From assembly GCA_032718475.1 (NCBI GenBank), contig JAUCBJ010001793.1:20227-84226 (forward strand): a stretch of 64,000 nucleotides of DNA. Direction: 5' to 3'. Positions within the stretch are counted from its first letter, which is position 1, and the number at the start of each line of letters is the position of its first letter. This stretch comes from Nemertoderma westbladi (lineage: Eukaryota > Animalia > Xenacoelomorpha). Below the pieces are notes generated by a model. The model was given only the letters and a program-made list of their open reading frames with translations, ran no database searches and was not told where the DNA came from. A program made the position numbers and the translations under genes. Shown one piece after another: positions 36,848-48,413 of the stretch.

Positions 36848-39527
36848 TTGGCAAATATACCAAAGGGCTAACTTTGCAAGCTCTTTTTCCGCTATTGTGC
36901 TAACTTTTCCAAAGTGCTAACTCAAAGTGCTAACTCGTGGTCCTTGCAATCTGAAACTTTGTCAAAACGTTTTTTAGACCATTTCCCACAAGTTAGCATT
37001 TTACCACTTTTGCAGTCCAGTGTGTCATGTGTATGAAAAACTTGGCCCCCCTTAGCGGCATTATGGGAATTGGTACTTTTCAAACACACTTAAACACTCA
37101 AGAGTATGGAATGGCCATAATGCTAACTTACAAACACACTTCTTACACTTACATTCCATTTGTACCAACTACCAAGTGTTAAATTATTATAAGACCGCAA
37201 ATACCCTAATACGCCAACTCGCTGAATATTGATTGCGAATACCCCTCCGTTTCGCGAATAGCCAATTGTACACGTATAACCTAATAAAAGCGTTTTGCAC
37301 AAACTGCGGGAGCGCTAAAGTCTTAACTTATTACTTTTAGATAGTCTTTGAAAGTACTCTATACAAAGTCCTAACCCGATAACTGTGTATTGTCATGGAA
37401 ACGTAATGGTTTCTTACCTGGACATCCATACAATGTATTTCAATTTATTGCACAGGCGACATATTATTATGTAGTGAGTGATTGCCGTGAAATGGAAAAC
37501 CTAGATATATTGACAATCGTTATTTCAAAATTCATCCGGTCTAATTGTTGATATACCCCAAATTGAGGTTCTAATAGTGAAACAATTTTATGGTTAAAGG
37601 GAAAACTCTATTTGTTTTTATGTAGAGTAATGCGTAATTTTATTCCACAAAGTTGCCTTTTCTTTTATAGCAGGTAAATTGCTATTGGTATTGCTATTGC
37701 TATTGCTATTGGTAAATAGCTATTTTTCTGAAATTTATATTGCTAATTTAATTATTTGGCATATTCTGTTTGTGGCGCAGACTATAATAATAATAACATT
37801 GTTGACATACAGTCTTTGAACCTTTCAGTCTTTCTCAGCAGTACTTTGTGGCTCGTCCCACATAATAAAAACTGAAACTTTGCTATGACAACACACCCGG
37901 TTCTTTTAAATTTGCGTGATTTGATTTATGCTCGCACCACTATTTGTAAGAAATATTAAAACTTATCTTACAGTATGCCAATGTAGTAATGGTATTAAAA
38001 TATAATTAAATTAATTTACATTATTAATGCTTCAGCTAAAAAATCGTTTCAGCTAAAAAATCGTATGTAATAAAAAAAATAAGAATATTTTTAATATGTG
38101 TATATGTAATATACAGTAGGTATTACTGCTAAGTTAGGCAGTAGGCCAGAGCGGGCTCCTTAAATACATGCAACTACTGTATTATAGTGTAGGTCAACTA
38201 TAAAACATTTAGCAATCCACAGTGAGTATCGACTGCAATAGGACACAACACACTGCTTTGTGTAACTAAAATTCATTCTCCTGATCCACCCCCTAACATA
38301 GCAGAGTGAGTAACCTTATTGTAGATATACCCTTAGGAAGCACTGGGAGAGCAATCAGCTTATGGGGTAATACATTAGAAACCAACAGCTTATGTGTGAG
38401 TAAACATTGACTTTCCTTATAGCCTACTAGTAAAACTTGGCAACCAATACGTTTTACTATGACTGTGTATAACATATTAAGCCATATTTCATCATGAACA
38501 CCAGCTGTTATTTTACCATTGCTTTTAATTTCGCGACAAAACAATGTCAAAAAACTAAATATATCGAATACCACACATAGAATCGATCTGAAATTTTGTA
38601 ACGCGATTATGAACCTCAAAAGCAATGTACTTGCAAAATTTCATCAAAATCGCCAGGCAGGAAGTGCCTTAACCTAGATAATTATCAGTCAGTCAGTGTC
38701 AGTCAATGTAATGTATCCTGAAGATTCTTACAGTAAGTATCCCGCTGTCAAGCGGGCTCCTAATAATTAGTGCATTATAGGCGTACCTTTTACGAGGTCG
38801 GTATTGCAATTTTGGATTAAATTCGTCAAAGTTAATAGTATATGAGGCAGGTTTTCAGTAACACTCACTTTATTTTACACTTCTGAAATATTAGTAAGAT
38901 AAAGTTATATTAAAATTATCTTATAATTGATTACTGGATGGTTTGCTGAAATAAAAATTAGATATAATCAAAACATTTTCCGTTCTGATGGAACTTTTTT
39001 TTAGATGTTCAACAAATTTATTTAACCATTTAAACTTCGGGATCCCGTTTCAAAAAAGTCGGAATCGGGATTCGATATTTCGCTGGAATCCCTGTTTTTC
39101 GGTTTTTTTTTAAACATTAGTGCATTGATGAAGCCAGAAGTCTTCCGATTGTTTAAATATAAAATCTGATTTAAATAAAAAAATCTGATTTAAATAAGAA
39201 AATTGATTTAAATGGGTGACTACAAAACAAAGACCAAAGACCTAAATAATAAAGACCTGCATAATCTTTGAAACATGTGTTAACTTTCGTTTACTGTTTT
39301 GGTTCTCCCAACAAGCCTCTGTAACATGCTCCTTTACTAACCTGTTCCTTTAAATGGCAATGTAACCTAACGCTCTTTGGCACCTGTACAAAACAAAGAG
39401 GTAAAGTCGCGTTACGTCCTAAAGGGGATTAGGTCCCATTGCCATACAGCGTTAGGTCCCATTGGTGTAATATTATGGGTTTGTTCAGAAGTGGAAAAAA
39501 TGGGAGCGCGTCACCGGGGGTTGAACC

Positions 39528-39573
39528 AGCGCTATACGCACGTTTCGGCCTAACAGGCCTCATCAGTAGCGCT
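39528..39573 (-). ncRNA. Type-I hammerhead ribozyme, copy 1
   Basis: Reverse complement AGCGCUA CUGAUGA GGCC UGUUA GGCC GAAA CGUGCG UA UAGCGCU. Confidence 0.9.
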
Positions 39574-39870
39574 AACCAGCTCAGCCACTAGCCCCTGACA
39601 CTCGCAGTCCCACCTAATCCACTTCTATTGAACGGGCAGTCTTAAGTTGCAAATATTCTATCTCTAACAGCGGACCTAACGGCCTCAAGTATGCTAGAGT
39701 GAAACAGGAGGGAAGTACAAATAAATAAATATTCAGCTCGGTATTGCTGCCAGGTGATATTAATTAAATAAATTGGAGAAGAGCTGTTGCAACTGTAATT
39801 AAAGGTGTAATATTATTATGGGTTTGTTCAGAAGTGGAAAAAATGGGAGCGCGTCACCGGGGGTTGAATC

Positions 39871-39916
39871 AGCGCTATACGCACGTTTCGGCCTAACAGG
39901 CCTCATCAGTAGCGCT
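39871..39916 (-). ncRNA. Type-I hammerhead ribozyme, copy 2
   Basis: Identical 46-nt motif, 343 bp from copy 1. Confidence 0.9.
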
Positions 39917-40015
39917 AACCAGCTCAACCACTAGCCCCTGACACTCACATTCCCACCTAATCCACTTCTAATCCTAATCCACTGCGAGTGTCAGGGGCTA
40001 GTGGCTGAGCTGGTT

Positions 40016-40061
40016 AGCGCTACTGATGAGGCCTGTTAGGCCGAAACGTGCGTATAGCGCT
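40016..40061 (+). ncRNA. Type-I hammerhead ribozyme, copy 3, between Pol III A-box-like and B-box-like motifs
   Basis: Stem I AGCGCUA/UAGCGCU, CUGAUGA 40023-40029, stem II GGCC/GGCC, GAAA 40043-40046, short stem III, GUA cut after 40054. A box TGGCTGAGCTGG 40002-40013, B box GGTTCAACCCC 40062-40072, T6 at 40089-40094. Confidence 0.9.
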
Positions 40062-40409
40062 GGTTCAACCCCCGGTGACGCGCTCCCATTTTTTCCACTT
40101 CTGAACAAACCCATAATATTACACCTTTAATTACAGTTGCAACAGCTCATCTCCAATTTATTTAGGTCCCATTGCCATTTACAGGAGCAGGTTAGTAAAG
40201 GAGCAGGTTACAGAGGCGTGTTTGGGGAACCAAAACAATAAACGAAAGTTAACACATGTGTTTCATACAGGTCTTTGTTTTTTGGGTCTTTGCTTTTTAG
40301 TCACCCGATTTAAATGAAAAAAAATCTGATTTAAATCAAATAAATCTGATTTAAACAAAAAAATCTGATTTTTTTATTTAAAAAAAAATCATGATTTTTA
40401 TCAACCCTG

Positions 40410-41558
40410 CACCCATGACATTTGCTAGATCATCCGCATCTTCAAGGCCAGTGTCCTTTAAGATGCGTCTCAAGAAAGTCATGGGCTGTCCACCATGCTT
40501 ATTCAGTCCATGAGGCTGCCAAAGTATAAGTTTATGCACTGGCTGGTCCTCACGGTGAAAGCAATGTCCTGCAAAGCGGAGGCGATTTTGTTCTAGTGTC
40601 AAGCTTGGGGGAACCAATGAGACACCTCCAATGTTATATAGTGTCTGGTTGGAGATGTGTGCATTGTACTTGACACAATGTACCCGGCGTAGCATTCTTG
40701 TGAATGTGCCATCCAGAGATTTGGTGTCCTCAGCAGTTAGAGCCCAGCATGGACTCCCATAGAGGAGTACTGGAACTACTGCTGCTCTAAATAATCGGAC
40801 CTTAAGTTTCCGATTAATTCTCGGTGACTTCCAAATCCTGCAAAGCATATTCAAGGCTGCCCAATGCTTTCCCTTACGTATTCGAAGGTCCTCATCTGAC
40901 TTCCGGATCCATGATCCCAGGTAACAGAAGTCGTCCACATGCTCAAGCATACCATCCTTTGAGCTTATGCTCATCCGATCAGAGACTTGCTGAGGACTTT
41001 CAAAGTTAACTGTCAAAATTTTGGTCTTTCTGGAGTTAATAAAAAGACCAACACTAGAAGCAGCATGTTCTAATGAGCTGAGGAGCCGTTGGGCTCCCTC
41101 TAGTGATTCTGAGAGTACTCCTAAGTCATCAGCAAAGTCTAGATCAGTTAGGTACTTGGCAGGATTTCCTCGACTTCTGGAGCCAGTAGGTGGAGTTATC
41201 ATCACCCCATCATCATTATGATGATCTAAGGACATGCGTAGAACATAGTCAACCACAATTATGAACAAGAATGGTGCAAGTGTGTCTCCCTGGAGGACGT
41301 CCCATAACACTTCAAATGGTTCTCTGTCACCGTCAACAGTAGAGACAAATGTTGTCGAACCATCGTATACTGATCTGATTGCTGCAATAATTTCATCAGG
41401 AATCCCATATAATGAAAGTATGCTGAACATACGTGAGAGAGAGACTGAATCAAAGGCCTTGAAGAAGTCAACAAAGATAACAGCCAGATGCCTATCTTTC
41501 TTTTTTGATAACTCTTCAATTATCCTTCGGGTATCCTATGGGCTCCATGGTCCCACGA
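40410..41558 (-). mobile_element. RTE-clade LINE fragment (RT core to C-terminus)
   Basis: ORF 41430-40378: VLQGDTLAPFLF, LDFADD, YLGSW, LLYGS; upstream frameshifted FVDFFKAFDS. Same family as 19853-21230. Confidence 0.92.
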
Positions 41559-41667
41559 ATGCCGAATTGGCCGAATGCCAAAATAAGGATCACGAGACGA
41601 ATTACAGAAATGCTGAAATGTTTGATCCTGTTTAAACACTTAGTTAGTAGGCCTACAACATGAATAA

Positions 41668-41925
41668 ACCATGCAGTTAGGTGTATAATAATTATGTTCG
41701 GGTTTGCAGTTAGATCAACATTAAATAGACCATGCAGTTAGGTGTATAATAATACTGTTCGGGTTTGCAGTTAGCACAACATTAATTAGACCTTGCAGTT
41801 AGGTGTATAGTAATACTGTTCAGGTTTGCAGTTAGCACAACATTAATTAGACCTTGCAGTTAGGTGTATAGTAATACTGTTCAGGTTTGCAGTTAGCACA
41901 ACATTAATAGACAATGCAGTTAGGG
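41668..41925. repeat. ~61-bp tandem repeat, about 4.3 copies
   Basis: gcagttaggtgtata(a/g)taatactgttc(g/a)ggtttgcagttagcacaacattaa repeated. Confidence 0.9.
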
Positions 41926-42080
41926 CTATGGTATATGTGTAGTCTTTACCACCCTTGTACTCTAGCGACCTTCCAGAGAATTTGTTAGTTAGGTGTATAG
42001 TTGATTTGCATGCGTCTGGAACAGTTAGCACTTTGGACGATAAAGAGCACGTTAGCGTTTCGAGTGGTTTGCCGGTATAC

Positions 42081-45000
42081 GTGTGGAAGAGTTTAAGTGG
42101 GAAAGAGTGTGGAAGGGTTTACTTTGGGAAAGAGTGTGGAAGGGTTTACTTTGGGAAAGAGTGTGGAAGCGGAAGGGTTTACTTTGGGAAAGAGTGTGGA
42201 AGGGTTTACTTTGGGAAAGAGTGTGAAAGGATTTACTGTGGGAAAGAGTGTGGAAGGGTTTACTGTAGGAAAGAGTGTGGAAGAGTTTAAGTGGGAAAGA
42301 GTGTGGAAGGGTTTACTGCGGGAAAGAGTGTGGAAGGGTTTAAATGGGAAAGAATGTGGAAGGGTTTACTGTGGGAAAGAGTGTGGAAGGGTTTACTTTG
42401 GGAAAGAGCGTGGAAGGGTTTACTGTGGGAAAGAGTGTGAAAGGATTTACTTTGGGAAAGAGTGTGGAAGGGTTTACTTTGGGAAAGAGTGTGGAAGCGG
42501 AAGGGTTTACTTTGGGAAAGAGTGTGGAAGGGTTTACTTTGGGAAAGAGTGTGAAAGGATTTACTGTGGGAAAGAGGGTGGAAGGGTTTACTGTAGGAAA
42601 GAGTGTGGAAGAGTTTAAGTGGGAAAGAGTGTGGAAGGGTTTACTGTGGGAAAGAGTGTGGAAGGGTTTACTGTGGGAAAGAGTGTGGAAGGGTTTACTT
42701 TGGGAAAGAGTGTGAAAGGGTTTACTGTGGGAAAGAGCGTGGAAGGGTTTACTCTAGAAAATAGTGTGGAAGAGTTTAAGTGGGAAAGAGTGTGGAAGGG
42801 TTTACTTTGGGAAAGAGTGTGGAAGGGTTTACTTTGGGAAAGAATGTGGAAGGGTTTAATTTGGGAAAGAGTGTGGAAGCGGAAGGGTTTACTGTGGGAA
42901 AGAGTGTGGAAGGGTTTACTCTAGGAAAGAGTGTGGAAGAGTTTAAGTGGGAAAGAGTGTGGAAGGGTTTACTGTGGGAAAGAGTGTGGAAGGGTTTACT
43001 GTGGGAAAGAGTGTGGAAGGGTTTACTTTGGGAAAGAGTGTGAAAGGATTTACTGTGGGAAAGAGTGTGGAAGGGTTTACTGTAGGAAAGAGTGTGGAAG
43101 AGTTTAAGTGGGAAAGAGTGTGGAAGGGTTTACTGTGGGAAAGAGTGTGGAAGGGTTTAAATGGGAAAGAATGTGGAAGGGTTTACTGTGGGAAAGAGTG
43201 TGGAAGGGTTTACTTTGGGAAAGAGCGTGGAAGGGTTTACTGTGGGAAAGAGTGTGAAAGGATTTACTTTGGGAAAGAGTGTGGAAGGGTTTAATTTGGG
43301 AAAGAGTGTGGAAGCGGAAGGGTTTACTTTGGGAAAGAGTGTGGAAGGGTTTACTTTGGGAAAGAGTGTGAAAGGATTTACTGTGGGAAAGAGTGTGGAA
43401 GGGTTTACTGTAGGAAAGAGTGTGGAAGAGTTTAAGTGGGAAAGAGTGTGGAAGGGTTTACTGTGGGAACGAGTGTGGAAGGGTTTACTGTGGGAAAGAG
43501 TGTGGAAGGGTTTATTTTGAGAAAGAGTGTGGAAGGGTTTACTCTAGGAAAGAGTGTGGAAGAGTTTAAGTGGGAAAGAGTGTGGAAGGGTTTACTGTGG
43601 GAAAGAGTGTGGAAGGGTTTATTTTGAGAAAGAGTGTGGAAGGGTTTACTCTAGGAAAGAGTGTGGAAGAGTTTAAGTGGGAAAGAGTGTGGAAGGGTTT
43701 ACTGTGGGAAAGAGTGTGGAAGGGTTTATTTTGAGAAAGAGTGTGGAAGGGTTTACTCTAGGAAAGAGTGTGGAAGAGTTTAAGTGGGAAAGAGTGTGGA
43801 AGGGTTTACTGTGGGAAAGTGTGTGAAAGGGTTTACTGTGGGAAAGAGTGTGGAAGGGTTTACTGTAGGAAAGAGTGTGGAAGGGTTTACTCTAGGAAAG
43901 AGTGTGGAAGAGTTTAAGTGGGAAAGAGTGTGGAAGGGTTTACTGTGGGAAAGAGTGTAGAAGGGTTTACTTTGGGAAAGAATGTGGAAGGGTTTATTTT
44001 GAGAAAGAGTGTGAAAGGGTTTACTGTGGGAAAGAGTGTGGAAGGGTTTACTGTAGGAAAGAGTGTGGAAGGGTTTACTCTAGGAAAGAGTGTGGAAGAG
44101 TTTAAGTGGGAAAGAGTGTGGAAGGGTTTACTGTGGGAAAGAGTGTGGAAGGGTTTACTTTGGGAAAGAATGTGGAAGGGTTTATTTTGAGAAAGAGTGT
44201 GAAAGGGTTTACTGTGGGAAAGAGTGTGGAAGGGTTTACTGTAGGAAAGAGTGTGGAAGGGTTTACTCTAGGAAAGAGTGTGGAAGAGTTTAAGTGGGAA
44301 AGAGTGTGGAAGGGTTTACTGTGGGAAAGAGTGTAGAAGGGTTTACTTTGGGAAAGAGTGTGGAAGGGTTTACTTTGGGAAAGAGTGTGGAAGGGTTTAC
44401 TGTGGGAAAGAGTGTGGAAGGGTTTATTTTGAGAAAGAGTGTGAAAGGGTTTACTGTGGGAAAGAGTGTGGAAGGGTTTACTGTAGGAAAGAGTGTGGAA
44501 GGGTTTACTGTAGGAAAGAGTGTGGAAGAGTTTAAGTGGGAAAGAGTGTGGAAGGGTTTACTGTAGGAAAGAGTGTGGAAGGGTTTACTCTAGGAAAGAG
44601 TGTGGAAGAGTTTAAGTGGGAAAGAGTGTGGAAGGGTTTACTGTGGGAAAGAGTGTAGAAGGGTTTACTTTGGGAAAGAGTGTGGAAGGGTTTACTTTGG
44701 GAAAGAATGTGGAAGGGTATACTTTGGGAAAGAGTGTGAAAGGGTTTACTGTGGGAAAGAGCGTGGAAGGGTTTACTGTGGGAAAGAGTGTGGAAGGGTT
44801 TACTGTGGGAAAGAGTGTGGAAGGGTTTACTGTGGGAAAGAGTGTGGAAGGGTTTACTTTGGGAAAGAGTGTGGAAGGGTTTAAGTGGGAAAGAGTGTGG
44901 AAGGGTTTACTGTGGGAAAGAGTGTGGAAGGGTTTACTGTGGGAAAGAGTGTGGAAGGGTTTAAATGGGAAAGAGTGTGGAAGGGTTTATTTTGAGAAAG

Positions 45001-45655
45001 AGTGTGGAAGGGTTTACTCTAGGAAAGAGTGTGGAAGAGTTTAAGTGGGAAAGAGTGTGGAAGGGTTTACTGTGGGAAAGAGTGTGGAAGGGTTTACTGT
45101 GGGAAAGAGTGTGGAAGGGTTTAAATGGGAAAGAGTGTGGAAGGGTTTACTGTGGGAAAGAGTGTGGAAGAGTTTAAGTGGGAAAGAGTGTGGCAGGGTT
45201 TACTGTGGGAAAGAGTGTGGAAGGGTTTACTGTGGGAAAGAGTGTGGAAGGGTTTACTGTGGGAAAGAGTGTGGAAGGGTTTAAATGGGAAAGAGTGTGG
45301 AAGGGTTTACTGTGGGAAAGAGTGTGGAAGAGTTTAAGTGGGAAAGAGTGTGGAAGGGTTTACTGTGGGAAAGAGTGTGGAAGGGTTTACTGTGGGAAAG
45401 AGTGTGGAAGAGTTTAAGTGGGAAAGAGTGTGGAAGGGTTTACTGTGGGAAAGAGTGTGGAAGGGTTTACTGTGGGAAAGAGTGTGGAAGGGTTTAAATG
45501 GGAAAGAGTGTGGAAGGGTTTACTGTGGGAAAGAGTGTGGAAGAGTTTAAGTGGGAAAGAGTGTGGAAGGGTTTACTGTGGGAAAGAGTGTGGAAGGGTT
45601 TACTGTGGGAAATGGTGTGGAAGGGTTTACTGTGGGAAATGGTGTGGAAGGGTTA
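42081..45655. repeat. 26/27-bp G-rich minisatellite (GGGAAAGAGTGTGGAAGGGTTTACTGT)n, about 3.6 kb
   Basis: Directly visible; alternating 27- and 26-bp variants explain the many GKSVEGFTV / WERVWKGLL ORFs. Confidence 0.98.
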
Positions 45656-45868
45656 ATGTTCAGACTGTTCATGGTGTTATATTGGGGCGGGGGGGGGGGG
45701 GGGGGGGTATTTTTCAACGACAATTTCTACGTCATTTGTCGATTTATTCAATCCATCCTATTTCCATATATTCTTATATAACATACAAATTTTCCTTTAC
45801 AATAAATTTTATCTTTAGTAATTTTTCATTTCTGTTTTTTCATTTTCACACTATTTTGTGATCCGCAG

Positions 45869-46040
45869 GCGAACTTTGCTGGTCATTCTTGCGACAGATG
45901 CTTGGACGAAGAAATGTTTGGTCTGAATTGCGACCAGAGGTGCCCGAATTGTGGCGAACACGCCCATTGTAGTAACGGCCCCACGGGTAACGGGACCTGT
46001 GTCTGCAATTGGGGTTTCCAAGGTGATGGATGTGGTCCAG
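45869..46040 (+). CDS. Stabilin-like receptor, coding exon 3 (EGF-like)
   Basis: ccgcag|ANFAGHSCDRCLDEEMFGLNCDQRCPNCGEHAHCSNGPTGNGTCVCNWGFQGDGCGP G|gtaggt; phase 0/1. Confidence 0.9.
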
Positions 46041-46899
46041 GTAGGTTGACTACAGCCCAGATAGCAACTGTTTCCGATGCGGACATTGTAGGATATCCAT
46101 CAAATCCGAAATATATTTTTATACTTTTGTTGGTTTCATGGACTATAAATATTCAAACGATGAGAAATTTCAGATAGCTGGGGGCTTGAAGCTAACCTAA
46201 CGAGTACATTGAAACTTCGTACAGTGTAGCAAGCACCAGTGGTAAATTTAATTTTATTCTGAATTTGTTACTTTTGCGCCCGAATATACCACAGAGTCGG
46301 GAGAAAAAGTAGCACATTTTTTCCCTTTGGAAAAAAGTAACCCGTATGATTGCATTGATTTTACTTTTTTAAGCATCGGCGTAGAAAAGGTTTGCACGTA
46401 ATTACAGAATAATCCATTACCACACTGAAAAGATATTGCAACATTAGTGTCAGCAAGGCGAACTGCAAAACGGAACTCAATATCCAATATTGGTATATGT
46501 TGTTAAGCGGCTCTCTAGTTACGTAATAAATATTCAGAACACTAAATTATTTAACATTGAGTAAGGCAGCCTCAGGAGTTGAAGAGTACAATAATTTCAA
46601 TCGCTGTAACTATATGGAAGCAATATAGTAAAATAAATACTGCACTTCAATTTATTTTGTAACACTACTGTACTGTAGTATTGCTATGTTACAGAATTTA
46701 GCAACAAAAAAGTACCAATTTAAGAATAAATTTACGCATTACCTGGGAAAAAAAACGTAGAACTTTTTTTTAAAAAGCTTTCTCCATGTATAAATAATTA
46801 TTAATTCTTATCTATTTTGCCTGTCTATCTATTTCGCCTCGTAGTCACTATCTAATTTTTAATTTATTAAATTAATTTATTTACATTTATTTTTAACAG

Positions 46900-47057
46900 T
46901 CTCTTGTCCCGAACGCAAACAATACATAGCAATGGATAATCGTTGCCATGGAGACGTGTTGGATGAACTTTTAGATATGCATTCTGGTGCGACATACGAC
47001 GGTGTCTACAGGAATCGCTTACGTGCCTTCTACCAGCTACTACATACATCCGGATAT
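46900..47057 (+). CDS. Stabilin-like receptor, coding exon 4 (lead-in to the first FAS1 domain)
   Basis: ttaacag|(V)SCPERKQYIAMDNRCHGDVLDELLDMHSGATYDGVYRNRLRAFYQLLHTSGY|gtgagt; phase 1/0; resembles the recalled stabilin-2 segment CYGNIMERL...WQGRLTSFISLL. Confidence 0.75.
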
Positions 47058-47607
47058 GTGAGTTGTTACATTATTGTGTTAGAAACAACAACATACTGTA
47101 ATCCGAACCACTACCGTGGTCCAAGTACCACATCATTGGCCCCAGTCCCAGTACCAATACAGTGCCCAGTCCCAGCATTCCGGTTCCCGATAAGTTGACA
47201 TAATATAACTAAATTACATACACCATTACTACACCAAACTATTCAGTGTTTATGACACTTGTGTATTTATGAAAAGGTAAACCTCCCTCGCTGCGCTCGC
47301 TCGCTACGTAAATGCATTCGGATCACAACGTTGAAAATTGCTACTTTTCATGCAAATTGATAATAGTTACATCTAAATACTCCTAAACTGGCTTTTCCCC
47401 CTACAAAATCCCCTTTAATAATATATATTATCAGCTTTCAAACTTTATTTCCCACTATCCCGAGTTGTATATTTACGGACTATATGACCTTTTAAAACTA
47501 CTTTGTTAAAAATAACAGTGATTTCTATTTTCAGATGTTAATATCTTCATTTTGATAATATAATAAATGTTAACACCCTATTTCTTCGAATAAGAGCCGA
47601 ATAGATA

Positions 47608-48359
47608 CCGTAATTACTCCAATAAGGACCTGGGCGTTTAAGTTTATTAGCTACCAATTGGGGAGGCGTTTATTCGAGGGGGGCGTTTATTCGGGGAAGG
47701 TGTTTATTCGAGGGGGACGTTTATTCGAGGGAGGCGTTTATTCGTGGAGGGCGTTTATTCGGGGAAGGCGTTTATTCGAGGGGGACGTTTATTCGAGGAA
47801 GGCGTTTATTCGAGGGGGACGTTTATTCGGGGAAGGCGTTTATTCGAGGAGGGCGTTTATTCGAGGGAGGCGTTTATTCGGGGAGGGCGTTTATTCCGGG
47901 AGGGCGTTTATTCGGGGAAGGCGTTTAAGTTCCAAATTGTGTGGTTCTAGTGGGGGCGTTTATGTTTATGTTCTAGATTTTAAACATTTGGATTCTAAAT
48001 ACCCTAATAAATAATGATTGATAATTGATTTTGATTTAATTTGATAAATTCAAGAAAACAAGTTAAACAAATGAAATAATTCAAATGAAACCAGGATTAT
48101 CTTTATTACACATACAACCTATTACCGCAGTTCAAACCACAGTATATTTACCTTCAGTCACATGACATTTGGCACATGACACATGACATTATATATTAAT
48201 GATAATCGTGTGCTAGAGGCATCGCTCACTAATCGTGGCTCGCCCAACATTGTAATATTATTAAACGCCGCGGCGTTTATTCGGGGAAGGCGTTTAAGTT
48301 GCTAATTTAATGGTAACGGGGGCGTAAATTCGTGGGGGCGTTTATTCGAATAAATACGG
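47608..48359. mobile_element. pogo/Tigger-type MITE with an internal 18-19-bp (GGGGGCGTTTATTCGAG) array
   Basis: TA|CCGTAATTACTCCAATAA ... TTATTCGAATAAATACGG|TA; tandem array at 47660-47930. Confidence 0.75.
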
Positions 48360-48413
48360 TATACGAAATAAACATAGAGAAGCTCTGGGAAGATGAAAAA
48401 GAGTGAGTGTAAA

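Larger units (their letters stand above)
39464..40161. mobile_element. Non-autonomous hammerhead retroelement (retrozyme / Penelope-type): ~340-bp unit as a 1.5-mer (minus) plus an inverted partial copy (plus)
   Basis: Direct repeat 39464-39627 and 39804-39970; inverted copy 39981-40161; TTAGGTCCCATT(G) duplicated at 39452-39463 and 40162-40173; three hammerheads; no ORF. Confidence 0.85.
39214..40306. mobile_element. MITE with long inverted repeats and a 9-bp duplication (Mutator-like); hosts the hammerhead element
   Basis: GATTTAAAT|GGGTGACTACAAAACAAAGACC ... GGTCTTTGCTTTTTAGTCACCC|GATTTAAAT; ~155-bp mirrored arms. The duplication lies in a repetitive host, so its length is uncertain. Confidence 0.7.
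39160..40409 (-). mobile_element. hAT-like transposon end (CAGGGTTGATAAAAATCATG...), interrupted by a MITE; it truncates the RTE 3' end
   Basis: Terminus at 40409 followed by (aaatcagattt)-type subterminal repeats that continue at 39160-39213; only one end was identified. Confidence 0.5.

Noticed and set aside
46942-46955. Near-perfect X-box GTTGCCATGGAGAC
   Set aside because: It lies inside stabilin-like exon 4 (codons R-C-H-G-D) and is explained by coding constraint; there is no nearby gene start.
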